A stretch of 64,000 bases of DNA from IMG/VR virus record IMGVR_UViG_2857776322_000004, positions 10,353 to 74,352 of that record; one strand, written 5' to 3'. Source of the stretch: a virus. The position numbers were made by a program, and so were the translations under genes. Below, in pieces: positions 28,672-37,783 of this stretch (positions within the stretch are counted from its first letter, which is position 1; every line of letters starts with the position of its first letter). A model generated the notes under the pieces. The model searched no databases. It was not told the origin of the DNA and saw only the letters and a program-made list of their open reading frames with translations.

Positions 28672-29349
28672 GTGAACGACACCACCCCCTCCCCGGACGG
28701 ACCCGCCTGCGCCGTCTGCGGCTACGCCCTCCACGGCGACCAACAGGACCGCACCGCCTGCCGCCACTGCGAAACCCGCGTCGACGCGCACCTGGAATCC
28801 CTCCCAGGCCACTACGCGGCACTCGCCGACGCCCTCCTCCCCGGAGCCCACGCCGAGGGGACTCCCGTGTCCGGAACGCGCGTCCCACCACTGCCCGTCC
28901 AGCTCGAGGCGCTGAACCTGCGCGCCCCGGGCGGCATGGTCACGATCCTCACCGAGTGGGAGGACGACTGGCGCCGCCTCTACGGCTGGGCACCCCCAGG
29001 CCCCCGCGGCCGCGCCGAGGAAGCCCTCGACAACACCGTGCGGTTCCTCCGCAACAACCTCGGTTGGGCATGCCGCCAGCACCCGGCCATCGGCGAGTTC
29101 GCCCACGAGATCGGCGACCTCGTCGCACGCAGCAAGGCCGCCTGCGGCAAACGCAGCGACGCCAAATACGTCGGCAACTGCCCAGGCCCCGACGACGAAC
29201 GGCCTTGCGGCGCACGCCTGTACGCCGACCCCTGGATGGACTTCATCCGCTGCCGCCTCTGCCGCTGCGAATGGCCCCGATCCGAATGGATCGGCCTCGG
29301 CATCCGCATGCACGGCGGAACACCCCCCACCGCGAAAAGGATTGCCTGA
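28672..29349 (+). CDS. Zn-finger protein (possible transcription regulator)
   Basis: CAVC..CRHC; C-term CP..CG..CRLC. Confidence 0.7.
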   Translation: MNDTTPSPDGPACAVCGYALHGDQQDRTACRHCETRVDAHLESLPGHYAALADALLPGAHAEGTPVSGTRVPPLPVQLEALNLRAPGGMVTILTEWEDDWRRLYGWAPPGPRGRAEEALDNTVRFLRNNLGWACRQHPAIGEFAHEIGDLVARSKAACGKRSDAKYVGNCPGPDDERPCGARLYADPWMDFIRCRLCRCEWPRSEWIGLGIRMHGGTPPTAKRIA

Positions 29350-30293
29350 TGGGTCGCGAAGTGCGACGAGTGCCCCTGGACTTCGACTGGCCACTCAACA
29401 GGGTTTGGAGCGGCTACCTCATGCCGGACGAACTTCGAGAAGACCCGTGCCCGGACTGCGAGAGCGGGTGGTCGCCGCACGCCCAACACCTCTACGACCA
29501 GTGGTACGGCAAGGCCCCCTTCGACCCCGCGAGCACCGGCTCGACGCCCCTCCGGCACGAAACCCCCGTCGTGCGCGCGCTCGCCGAACGCAACATCCAG
29601 CACGCCCCCTCGTATTACGGCAGTGGCGAATACGCAATCGTCCGCGAGGCGCGGCGACTCGCAGACATGTGGAACACACAATGGGGCCACCACCTCTGCC
29701 AGGCCGACGTCGACGCACTGGTCACCGACGGTCGGCTGATGGACTTCACCCACACGTGGACCCGCGAAACGGGGTGGCGGAAGATCGAACCTCCCGTCAC
29801 ACCGACCGCCGCAGCAGTCAACGAATGGTCCATAGGCACCCTCGGACATGACTCGATCAATGCACATATCGTGATCCGCGCGCGTTGCGAACGCGAAGGC
29901 ATCGACGACACCTGCCCCACGTGTCAAGGCCACGCCACCGTCGAAACCTACCCCGGCCAGCGAGCCGAAGCCGAGGCGTGGGAGCGAACCGACCCGCCCG
30001 ACGGCGACGGCTGGCAACTGTGGGAGACCGTGAGCGAGGGCTCACCGGTCTCGTCCGTATTCGCGACAGCCGACGAGCTGGCCGAGTGGATGACGCTGCC
30101 CGAGCGCGCAGAACGGCGGCTCTCACTCGACGTCGCGCGACGGTTCGTCGCCGACGGCTGGGCGCCCACGTTCGTGGGCGTGCCCGGCATCGGCCTCCTA
30201 TCGGGAGAGGCGTTCATCGGCGGATTCGCAGACCCCGCCGCAGTGCCCGACGACGCCTCGGACCTGACGGTCGACGGGGAGGAACCCGCATGA
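29349..30293 (+). CDS. conserved phage hypothetical protein
   Basis: MGREVRRVPLDFDWP..GWQLWETVSEGSP.S.VF. Confidence 0.75.
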   Translation: MGREVRRVPLDFDWPLNRVWSGYLMPDELREDPCPDCESGWSPHAQHLYDQWYGKAPFDPASTGSTPLRHETPVVRALAERNIQHAPSYYGSGEYAIVREARRLADMWNTQWGHHLCQADVDALVTDGRLMDFTHTWTRETGWRKIEPPVTPTAAAVNEWSIGTLGHDSINAHIVIRARCEREGIDDTCPTCQGHATVETYPGQRAEAEAWERTDPPDGDGWQLWETVSEGSPVSSVFATADELAEWMTLPERAERRLSLDVARRFVADGWAPTFVGVPGIGLLSGEAFIGGFADPAAVPDDASDLTVDGEEPA

Positions 30294-30775
30294 GCGGCCT
30301 CGTGACAGCCCTGACTACGTTCGTTCGCGCCCGGATCGAAGAAGACGAAACCGTCGCCCGCCAGGCAACCCCCGGCCCCTGGCATCAACGCTGGGAAGGC
30401 CAGGAACTCCAGGTCTATGCACCGGGCCAGGCGTACCCGTACAGCGTCGCAACGTGGACCTACCTGATTCACACCGGTCCTCGCGCCGAAGAGGAGCGAG
30501 CCACGTGCAACACCTCGAACTCCGACCACATCACCCGGCATCACCCCCTCCGCGTACTGCGCGAGGCCCAGATGAAGCGCGCCATTCTCGCAGCCCACCC
30601 GATCACCGACCACGTGATCCCGCCCGGCTACGGACCGGGAGGTGAACCGTTCGGGTGCAAGGTCTGCCACGACTGGGATGGCGCCACCGAAGGCCGCGGA
30701 TACTGCGTCACGCTCCGACTCCTGGCCGGCATGTATGTCGACCACCCCGATTACGAGGAAGCCTGGAGACCATGA
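30290..30775 (+). CDS. DUF6221-like protein
   Basis: FVRARIEED..ATPGPW..RVLRE..KRAIL..TLRLLAGMY.DHPDY..AWRP. Confidence 0.75.
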   Translation: MSGLVTALTTFVRARIEEDETVARQATPGPWHQRWEGQELQVYAPGQAYPYSVATWTYLIHTGPRAEEERATCNTSNSDHITRHHPLRVLREAQMKRAILAAHPITDHVIPPGYGPGGEPFGCKVCHDWDGATEGRGYCVTLRLLAGMYVDHPDYEEAWRP

Positions 30776-31089
30776 ACAGCGAGCGCGTCCGGCAACCCTG
30801 TACTTCCGACGCAGCCGGCAGTACAGGGACTCCGACGGCCGCCGACAGGGCGAACCTCGACCCGAAGCCCTGGATCTACAAGGACCACCCCGCGAACGGC
30901 GACTGGTCCACCGAACCCTGGCAGTGGACCATCCCCGGCTGCCCCTGCGACATCGACGGAGGAGACCTTCGGAACCACCACTGGATCATCGTCTACGCCC
31001 ACGCCCTGGCGCACGCCGCACGCTGCCCGGCGATGCCTAGACCGGCCGCGCCAGGCCAGGGCGCAGCCGCTCGAACACCGGATGCCTGA
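30772..31089 (+). CDS. hypothetical protein
   Basis: ATGA coupling; overlaps convergent ligase end. Confidence 0.5.
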   Translation: MNSERVRQPCTSDAAGSTGTPTAADRANLDPKPWIYKDHPANGDWSTEPWQWTIPGCPCDIDGGDLRNHHWIIVYAHALAHAARCPAMPRPAAPGQGAAARTPDA

Positions 31090-32017
31090 GATACCCGCCC
31101 GACGTCCACCCCGTCGCGCTCACCTCGGCAACCAGCCGCGGCTCCACCCAGCGCGCACCACGACCCTCACTCACCGGCCCCGCGAACGGCGACGTCTCGC
31201 GCGGCACAACCGCGAACAGCTCCGCGAGCTGCCGCTGCTCCGCACCGGACATGCCCGATCCCACGGCCCCGACGAACCGCAACCCGCCGGCCTCGGCAAC
31301 GCCCACCAGGAGCGCACCGGGAACACCACCGGACCGGCCCCGAACCGGCAGCCAACCGCCGATCACCACGTCGATGCGGACCTGGTGCTTGATCTTGATC
31401 CACTCGTCCGAGCGCACCCCGGGCCGGTACGGCGACGTCAGCAACTTGCAGACGATCCCCTCGAAACCCTGCTCCCGCGTCAGCTCGAACGCCCGGCGGC
31501 CGTGGCCCACCGTGTGCGCAGGCGTCGCCCAGCGGGCACCCGCCAGACCCAGGCCCAGCAGTTCGCCGCGGCGCGCCGTGTACGACTCGGTCAAAAGGCT
31601 GCGACCGTCCAGGTGCAGGACGTCGAAGATCATCAGATGTACGGGCGTCGTGCGCGCGAGCCGACCCGCCCTGGCCCCGTCGCGCACGGTCATCCGCGTC
31701 TGAAGGGCCCCGAAGTCGGGGCGGCCCCGCTCGTCCAGGACGACCACCTCTCCGTCGAGAATCGCCGGACGGCGCAGCGAGGCTCCGAGCGCGGCCAGCT
31801 CCGGATAGGTACCCGACGCATCCCGGCCGGTGCGGGTTACCGGGCGCGCCGTCCCGTCGCCCGAGCAATAGACGAGCAGCCGGGCGCCGTCCCACTTGAC
31901 CTCGTAGCCGTAGAGGCCGTCGACGGCTGCCGACGGGAGACGGCCGGGGGAGGCCAGCATCGGGGACAGCCGGGGGAGGCCCACCGGTCCCGCCGCCGAG
32001 GGGCGCCGCGTCGCCAT
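31037..32017 (-). CDS. ATP-dependent DNA ligase (LigD/LigC-type ligase domain)
   Basis: SPMLA, EVKWDG, ILDGEVV, FDVL, EGIVCK, WIKIK, OB-fold FVGAVGSG..LRHP.F. Confidence 0.9.
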   Translation of the reverse strand: MATRRPSAAGPVGLPRLSPMLASPGRLPSAAVDGLYGYEVKWDGARLLVYCSGDGTARPVTRTGRDASGTYPELAALGASLRRPAILDGEVVVLDERGRPDFGALQTRMTVRDGARAGRLARTTPVHLMIFDVLHLDGRSLLTESYTARRGELLGLGLAGARWATPAHTVGHGRRAFELTREQGFEGIVCKLLTSPYRPGVRSDEWIKIKHQVRIDVVIGGWLPVRGRSGGVPGALLVGVAEAGGLRFVGAVGSGMSGAEQRQLAELFAVVPRETSPFAGPVSEGRGARWVEPRLVAEVSATGWTSGGYLRHPVFERLRPGLARPV

Positions 32018-32123
32018 GCAACGAGCCTCACGCCGCTCGGCCCTCCCCGCACCCGGAGTCGGCCGACCGGGCGACAGCACAGAAGAGGGGCGCTCGCCGC
32101 AGCGAACACCCCTCCCGAACCTC

Positions 32124-32309
32124 TCAACCCAGGCGACCGGCCAACATCGCCCACGCGCCCACCGGCACGACGATCACCGGCGACCACGCGTCCTTGCTGT
32201 CCCGCACACCCACCCCAGTGACCAGGCGCGCGACCTCTACGCAGTAGTCCTGTTCGCTGTGGCGGGACTTTCGCCACTGCGGTACGCGGTTACCTCCAGA
32301 GCCGTACAC
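32124..32309 (-). CDS. DUF397 (BldB-like) protein
   Basis: WRKSRHS..CVEVA..VGVRDSK..AW. Confidence 0.88.
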   Translation of the reverse strand: MYGSGGNRVPQWRKSRHSEQDYCVEVARLVTGVGVRDSKDAWSPVIVVPVGAWAMLAGRLG

Positions 32310-33181
32310 ACGTCTCGCCTTCGTCGATCCACCAGTTCCAGTGACGCCTCGGGCGACAGGGCAGCCTCGACCAATCGGTCGAACGTCCTCCGGAACGTAC
32401 CGATGTCGTCCGGCGCGTCGACCAACTGGGACCCCGTCAACTGCTCAAGCCACGCCGCGAAGTGCCCAGGCTCAGTCTCCATCAGAACCATCGGAGACGA
32501 CACCGTCCACGGCGAAGTGAACGGCAGAACCTGGAAGCGCAGCATGGGCCAACGGGACGCCAACATCAGCACGTGCTCCAACTGGTCGGCCAGCACCGAC
32601 AGGCCGCCGATCGGGTGGTACAGCGCGGCCTCGGACACGACGAACCAGGCCGGTACCTCGCGCTCCACGTAGTCCACCGCACGCGCCACCCGGATCCGCT
32701 GCCGCTCTGCGGCCACCTCCGGCAACAGCGTCGGATCCTGCATGTGGATCGTCGCCCACGCACACTGCGGCGACTGCAACGGCCCAGGGAACCGCAGCGT
32801 CTCGAAGCCGAACACGCTCAAAGCACCTTCCTCGAGGCGCATCAGTCGGCGCAGGCGATCGGGCACGCCGTTCAGCAAGTCCCGCATGCCTTCGCCGTAG
32901 CCGTCCTCCTCAGCGTCCATCTCGAAGTCCAGCGGACGAAAGCCGAGTTCGGTGAGCCTGCGCCCGAACATTGCCTCCAGGATGTGCTGGTAGACCGCCG
33001 TGGGCCTCGGCGGATTCGCCGACTCCCACCTGCGGATGTGTCGCACCGACAGACCGACGGGACGACCCAGAACTTTCGCCGCTTCCTCGAAGGCAGCGGC
33101 GAACTCGGCTTGCGAGTACCAGCCCATGGCCAAGCGAGCGGAGACCAGCGCGGGGTTCCCGGGAGTATGGGTGCGGGTCAT
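32237..33181 (-). CDS. XRE HTH-DUF5753 regulator
   Basis: N-term HTH (SQAEF..IRRWE); C-term FETLRFPG.LQ..R..RQ..SEAAL..QLEH..QVLPF..F.RL..ALSP. Confidence 0.85.
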   Translation of the reverse strand: MTRTHTPGNPALVSARLAMGWYSQAEFAAAFEEAAKVLGRPVGLSVRHIRRWESANPPRPTAVYQHILEAMFGRRLTELGFRPLDFEMDAEEDGYGEGMRDLLNGVPDRLRRLMRLEEGALSVFGFETLRFPGPLQSPQCAWATIHMQDPTLLPEVAAERQRIRVARAVDYVEREVPAWFVVSEAALYHPIGGLSVLADQLEHVLMLASRWPMLRFQVLPFTSPWTVSSPMVLMETEPGHFAAWLEQLTGSQLVDAPDDIGTFRRTFDRLVEAALSPEASLELVDRRRRDVCTALEVTAYRSGESPATANRTTA

Positions 33182-33714
33182 GACGCCCGTCCCAGGGAGC
33201 TTCGAAGGCTCTGGACTCGCGGCTGCCGGAGGCGCGGGACGCGGTGTTCGCGTGCCAGCGTGCGCAGCGATTCGTAGGTCCACGGGGTCAGAGGGGCAAT
33301 CTTGGTGGCGGAGACACCCGCGCGCATCTCCTCGAGGATGACTTCCTCGAGGCGGGTGCGGGCGGCGGTGAGTGCCTGTTCGGCGAGGTGGTAGTCGGCC
33401 CTGCGGCTGGTGAAGTGTGTGGACGGGGTCCAGGTGCTTCGGCGGGGCGGACGGGCCACCTCGGCGCCGAGTACGCCGGGTGCCACGTTCCATCGGGGCC
33501 GGTCGTGGGCGATCGTCAGTGCCTCGGCGGATTCCGCCTCGTCGCGCGTGTCGAACCACTCGACCTCACGGGTGACGACTTGGCCCCACCAGGGCGACTG
33601 ACTCGTGTGGTCCGCCCAACGCCGGCGGGGGTTGGTGGCGATGCCGACGTAGATGAGTGCGTCGCCGGCGTCGAAGAAGCGGTAGACCGCGGTGCGGCCC
33701 TTGTGCACGGCCAT
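33178..33714 (-). CDS. GIY-YIG nuclease fused to C-terminal HTH paralogous to 33728-34015
   Basis: TAVYRFFD..LIYVGI..R..H..E..N; C-term 32/79 identical to upstream gene by manual alignment. Confidence 0.85.
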   Translation of the reverse strand: MAVHKGRTAVYRFFDAGDALIYVGIATNPRRRWADHTSQSPWWGQVVTREVEWFDTRDEAESAEALTIAHDRPRWNVAPGVLGAEVARPPRRSTWTPSTHFTSRRADYHLAEQALTAARTRLEEVILEEMRAGVSATKIAPLTPWTYESLRTLAREHRVPRLRQPRVQSLRSSLGRAS

Positions 33715-33727
33715 GCATGCCTCCGGA

Positions 33728-34015
33728 TCAGCCGGAGGCGGGGCCTCCGGACGGGTCTGACGTGTCCCTGATGGATCGAACGGTGGGTGGTCGCTTCAGC
33801 GGAACGCCGTACTCGCGGGCAATGCCTCGTAGCTTTTCGTGGGACCACGGCACGACCTCGGCGACCTTCTTGGGGCTCGCGTCCGGGTGCCGCAGTTCCT
33901 CGGCTGCGGTCTCGCGCAACTTGGTCTCGGCGAGTGCGAGTGCGGCTTGCGCCGCCTCAAACTCCGCCAGTACCGCGAGGAGCCGAGCGCTCGGTTCGTA
34001 GGTGTCCTTGGCCAT
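33728..34015 (-). CDS. small helix + HTH DNA-binding protein
   Basis: SPKKVAEVVPWSHEKLRGIAREYGVP; own promoter upstream. Confidence 0.8.
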   Translation of the reverse strand: MAKDTYEPSARLLAVLAEFEAAQAALALAETKLRETAAEELRHPDASPKKVAEVVPWSHEKLRGIAREYGVPLKRPPTVRSIRDTSDPSGGPASG

Positions 34016-34037
34016 GACGGCATGTTCGCACAACCGG

Positions 34038-34138
34038 TTTGGCCATTGCGATTGCCCTGCACCGACCATAGATAGGACAGGCGATTTGGTCAAGGTAGCT
34101 TGGTCACTCTTGTTTGGCCAAACTATCTGTCCTAAACT
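34038..34138. promoter_or_regulatory. Divergent promoters with four TTGGYCA operator boxes
   Basis: minus: TTGACC(34093-88)-N17-TATGGT(34070-65); plus: TTGTTT(34110-15)-N17-TAAACT(34133-38); boxes at 34038, 34085, 34099 and 34113 (TTTGGCCAAA). Confidence 0.7.
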
Positions 34139-34180
34139 GGAGTCAGAAGCACCCGGTGATTCCAACCGAAGGGGCCTGCC

Positions 34181-34423
34181 GTGTCCGACACCCTGTTCCG
34201 TTCCGCCGACCTGATCGAGCCTTACGACCTGGTCGTGTACGCGGGTTCGAAGGCCGAGTTCCACGGGTTCTACGAGGCCGTGCCGTGCTTCTGCCGTCAC
34301 TGCATTCACGACTTCGCGCGGGGCCGGAACGACGTGCGGTACGAGTTGGTGGACCCGTGGGGCGAGTCGGCGCAGTTGCGCTGCGTGCGGCGGGCGTCCA
34401 TTCGGCCCGCGCGTCTCGGCTGA
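34181..34423 (+). CDS. hypothetical protein
   Basis: first gene after rightward promoter; RBS AGGGG. Confidence 0.7.
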   Translation: MSDTLFRSADLIEPYDLVVYAGSKAEFHGFYEAVPCFCRHCIHDFARGRNDVRYELVDPWGESAQLRCVRRASIRPARLG

Positions 34424-34502
34424 TCGAACCGGTCCGGGGCGGCGCACCGCCCCGGACTTCCCGAGTCCGTATCCGGTCCACTCGTTCCCGAAGGAGAAGC
34501 AG

Positions 34503-34865
34503 ATGTCTTACGACCTGTTGATGGTTGAGCCGGCCGGCCGCGCGGACGAGGGCTGGTTCAGCATGGCGAGCGGGAACATGGCGGCCGTGCGCGGCGCCAT
34601 GACCGACCTGGGCATGCTCGTGCCGGGCGCGGACGACGTGGACGCGTGGGGTGAGACCGCTCTGCCGGTGGGCATCCCCGTCCACAAGCTGTCGGACAAC
34701 GGTGGTTGGCGGGTGACTCCGCGCGAGATCTCGGCGGCCCTGCTGGCGTACTCGATGGCGTCGCACACGGATCGGGCGACGGCGCGTGGCGTGTACGGGC
34801 GTTGGGACGAGTGGGTGCTGTTCCTGGTGGACGCGTGCGAGACGGGTGGGTTCCGTGTCGAGTGA
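34503..34865 (+). CDS. hypothetical protein
   Basis: RBS AAGGAG. Confidence 0.75.
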   Translation: MSYDLLMVEPAGRADEGWFSMASGNMAAVRGAMTDLGMLVPGADDVDAWGETALPVGIPVHKLSDNGGWRVTPREISAALLAYSMASHTDRATARGVYGRWDEWVLFLVDACETGGFRVE

Positions 34866-35334
34866 GGGGGTCATCCGGACGAAGTTCCGGTACGCGGTGG
34901 GTCGTCCTCTCGTCGTCGTGGAGACGCGGGGGGCCGGCCCGGGAGCCCAGGCCGAGCACACGAAGCGGTACTTGGCCGCGATCCACGCCGAACAGGATGC
35001 CTATGCCGACGAGTTGGAGGCGTCCGGCGGATATCGACCGGCGATAGAGGCCATCCGCGCGAAGCGGTGGAGGTTCACCCGCGGGCACGCGGCGACGTTG
35101 GGTTGCCGAGCGGTGCCGCGCCCGTCGAAGTCGGCGTTCGCGCCGGCGTCGTGGGTGGCGTGGACCGACGTCAACACGGGCGCGGCCCGGCGCGGTGTCG
35201 TGGTGGGCCCGGTCGAGAGGTGGTCGGTGTCGATTGTCCCGGCGGACGGCGGGGATGTCGTCTCGGCCGTGAGGCGGGGCGATGGAGTGTTCCTGGACGG
35301 GATGACCGTGGTGTCGGTCGACCCGCCGGAGTGA
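34855..35334 (+). CDS. hypothetical protein
   Basis: G-ending codon bias; start uncertain. Confidence 0.55.
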   Translation: MSSEGVIRTKFRYAVGRPLVVVETRGAGPGAQAEHTKRYLAAIHAEQDAYADELEASGGYRPAIEAIRAKRWRFTRGHAATLGCRAVPRPSKSAFAPASWVAWTDVNTGAARRGVVVGPVERWSVSIVPADGGDVVSAVRRGDGVFLDGMTVVSVDPPE

Positions 35335-35390
35335 GGTCGGCCCGGCCCGGCCGGGCCGGGGTGGAGACAACCGTTCGGGAAGGGGCGGTC

Positions 35391-35726
35391 GTGAAGGCGT
35401 TGTTGCGGGGGTTGGGGCTGGTGTTGCGGGCCCTGGCGGACGAGTTGCTGCGGGAGCCGGAGTGCCCGCGGGACATGGTGACGGTGGATGCGTATCTGCG
35501 GGCCGCCGGTGCGTCGGCGGAGTGGCGGGCGCGGTGGTCGCCGACGGTGGGGCGCATGGTGGCGGACTCGTACCGGTCGCGTACCGGTGCGGAGCCGGCG
35601 CAGGTGCGGGAGTGGCACAACGGGGCGTGGCGGGCGGTGTACGCGTATCCGTTGACGCACGTGTCGCAGATCCAGGTGGCGTGGTCGGACTGCGCGTTCC
35701 TTCCGGTAGCGAAGGCTCGGGTGTGA
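35391..35726 (+). CDS. hypothetical protein
   Basis: RBS AAGGGG. Confidence 0.6.
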   Translation: MKALLRGLGLVLRALADELLREPECPRDMVTVDAYLRAAGASAEWRARWSPTVGRMVADSYRSRTGAEPAQVREWHNGAWRAVYAYPLTHVSQIQVAWSDCAFLPVAKARV

Positions 35727-36052
35727 CGGGTCTGCGGGTGTGCGACGGCGGTCTCGCCGGGGGCTGCTCGCGTGCTGCGCAGTGGTCGGTGTGCAGGGCG
35801 GGTGAGGCGCACGAGGCGGGAGCCCGGTTCGCGTGCGGCCGGCATCTGACCATCGCGGTGGACGAGATCACGGGTGGCGAGTGCTGCCGGCTGGACCTGC
35901 GTCGGATCGTGTGCCTGGAGCGTTGAGGTGGCGTCCGCGCCACGGTCGTGGCGCGGCGTCCGGTGTGGGATCACAGACTTGAGCAGGGCCCCGGGACGTC
36001 GAGATGCGAGGTCGCCGTCCGGGGCCCCAGAGACACGGGAGTGTGCACTCCG

Positions 36053-37396
36053 ATGTCCCAGATTTCGAACCCTAGCCGGGGTGATGGCGTGGGCGCCATG
36101 CCGGTGGCGCGGGGGCGCCCCGGGGGGTGGCTTCCGGTTGCCGCTGCGTGTGCTGCGGATGCGTTCCTCGGGTTCCTTGCGTTTCGGTTGTCGTTCGCGG
36201 CGTTGACGGCGATCGCGGTGGAGCACGGCGTCCAGGGCGGCATTGCGTGGATGTTCGCGGTGATGGTGGACGGCGGCGCGGTGACGGGCACGGTCGGGGT
36301 GGTGATGGCGAAGCGGTCCGGGCGCGGAGTGGGCCCGTACTGGTGTGTGGTGGTGGGCTCGACGGGGGTGAGTTTGGCGTTCAACTGTGCGCACAGCGAC
36401 GGGACGGGCCTGGGTGTGGCGATCGCGGTGACGCCGCCGCTTGCGCAACTGGTGGCGACGGAGCTTTTGGTGCGGCTTCTGCCGGAGCCCGACGCGGTGC
36501 CCACGGACGTCCAGCTCGCCTCGGTGGAGCGGGCCGTGGCTGTGGCGGTGGACGCGGCCGATCGGGCGCGCGAGAGTCTCGCCCTGGTCAAGCGGGCCCG
36601 GGAGGAGGCCGGCGCGGCGGCGCAGGTTGCGGTGAAGGAGGCGGCCGGCGCGGCGGCGCTCGAGGTGGATGCGGTCGCGGAGCGCGCGGAGCGTGCGGCG
36701 GATACCGCGATGGGGGCGGCGGAGCGTGCGGCGGAGGTGGTGGCGTCGGCGCACGCGGAGGCCGCCGACGTGCTCGATCGTGTGGGCACGGCGGCCAAGC
36801 ACGTGGCACGCGACGCCACGGCCGTGGCGCGGGACCTGGAAGCCGTGGCGGCCGGGGTCGTGTCGGTGGAGCGGTGTGCGTCGGAGGTCGGCGAGCACGT
36901 GGCGCGGGTGGAGCGGATCGCCGACGGTGCAGAGGCGGCGGTGGCGCGGGCGGCCGAGGCCGCCGGGCGGGACGCCACGGCGGAGGCGCGACGGGCGGCG
37001 GACGCTGCGGTGGGTGCGGTCGATCGTGTGTCGGGGCACCTGGTGGAGGTCGGCGTGGCGCGGCGGGAGGAGGCGGAGGTTTGGGCCGCCTCGGTGCGTG
37101 AGGTCGAGCGGCTGGTCGCTGTGGCGCGGGGGCATGCGGAGGCCGCGGAGGCGGCGGCGCGTCCGGTGGTGGACGAGGGGCCGTATCCGGTGGGGACGTC
37201 GGAGCGGGTGGTGTACGACCTGTGGGTGGGCGGTGGTCGGTGGCCGGAGGAGAGTGAGATTCAGGCCGCGTTGCGTGCGGCGGGTCTGGGGTCGAGTCGG
37301 CAGCAGGCGCAGAAGAAGCGGACGTTGGTGGGTCGGGACTTTCCGGAGTTGCCGCGTAAGCGGGAGCAGTTGGAGTTGGCGGCTGCTGGGCGTTGA
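36053..37396 (+). CDS. DUF2637 membrane protein with long Ala/Glu coiled coil
   Basis: AFRLSFAALTAIA..AWMFAVMVDG..SLAFNCAH..PPLAQLVATELL. Confidence 0.75.
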   Translation: MSQISNPSRGDGVGAMPVARGRPGGWLPVAAACAADAFLGFLAFRLSFAALTAIAVEHGVQGGIAWMFAVMVDGGAVTGTVGVVMAKRSGRGVGPYWCVVVGSTGVSLAFNCAHSDGTGLGVAIAVTPPLAQLVATELLVRLLPEPDAVPTDVQLASVERAVAVAVDAADRARESLALVKRAREEAGAAAQVAVKEAAGAAALEVDAVAERAERAADTAMGAAERAAEVVASAHAEAADVLDRVGTAAKHVARDATAVARDLEAVAAGVVSVERCASEVGEHVARVERIADGAEAAVARAAEAAGRDATAEARRAADAAVGAVDRVSGHLVEVGVARREEAEVWAASVREVERLVAVARGHAEAAEAAARPVVDEGPYPVGTSERVVYDLWVGGGRWPEESEIQAALRAAGLGSSRQQAQKKRTLVGRDFPELPRKREQLELAAAGR

Positions 37397-37443
37397 TGTG
37401 GGGGTGTGCGGTGGGGTGCCCTTTCCTTGCTTCAAAATAACCC

Positions 37444-37482
37444 TTGCCAACGGCAAGACTTATTGATAGATTAAGTCTTGCC
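37444..37482 (+). promoter_or_regulatory. Promoter TTGCCA-N17-TAGATT with 11-bp inverted-repeat operator
   Basis: -35 37444-49, -10 37467-72; GGCAAGACTTA-N9-TAAGTCTTGCC 37452-37482. Confidence 0.8.
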
Positions 37483-37505
37483 AACGACAAGGGAAGGGGC
37501 TCACA

Positions 37506-37700
37506 ATGGGCAACAAGGAGATCAAGAACCTCATCAAGGCGCTGGAGGCGCAGGGCTTCACCGTCGTCCAGTCCAAGAGCAACCACTACAAGGTCTACAA
37601 GGGGGGCCGCCTGATCGCCACGCTGCCCGCCACCCCGTCCGACCGTCGCAGCCTCCTGAACTGCATCGCGGTTCTGCGCCGCGCCGGCTACAACGGCTGA
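37506..37700 (+). CDS. hicA: HicA-family mRNA interferase toxin
   Basis: IKALEAQGFTV..SNHYKVY..TLPATPSD dsRBD-like fold with catalytic His. Confidence 0.75.
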   Translation: MGNKEIKNLIKALEAQGFTVVQSKSNHYKVYKGGRLIATLPATPSDRRSLLNCIAVLRRAGYNG

Positions 37701-37706
37701 CCGCAA

Positions 37707-37740
37707 GGGTCCTCCCGGGGGTGCCGCCCCGGGAGGACCC
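37707..37740 (+). terminator. 14-bp hairpin between toxin and antitoxin genes
   Basis: GGGTCCTCCCGGGG-gtgccg-CCCCGGGAGGACCC. Confidence 0.5.
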
Positions 37741-37783
37741 CGGTCCCTCCCAGACCAACGACAAGGAAGGAACCAACCACATC

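Noticed and set aside
32237-32309. Functional significance of the 73-nt overlap between DUF5753 and DUF397 genes
   Set aside because: Short overlaps are usual for this pair, and the extension may reflect a lost stop.
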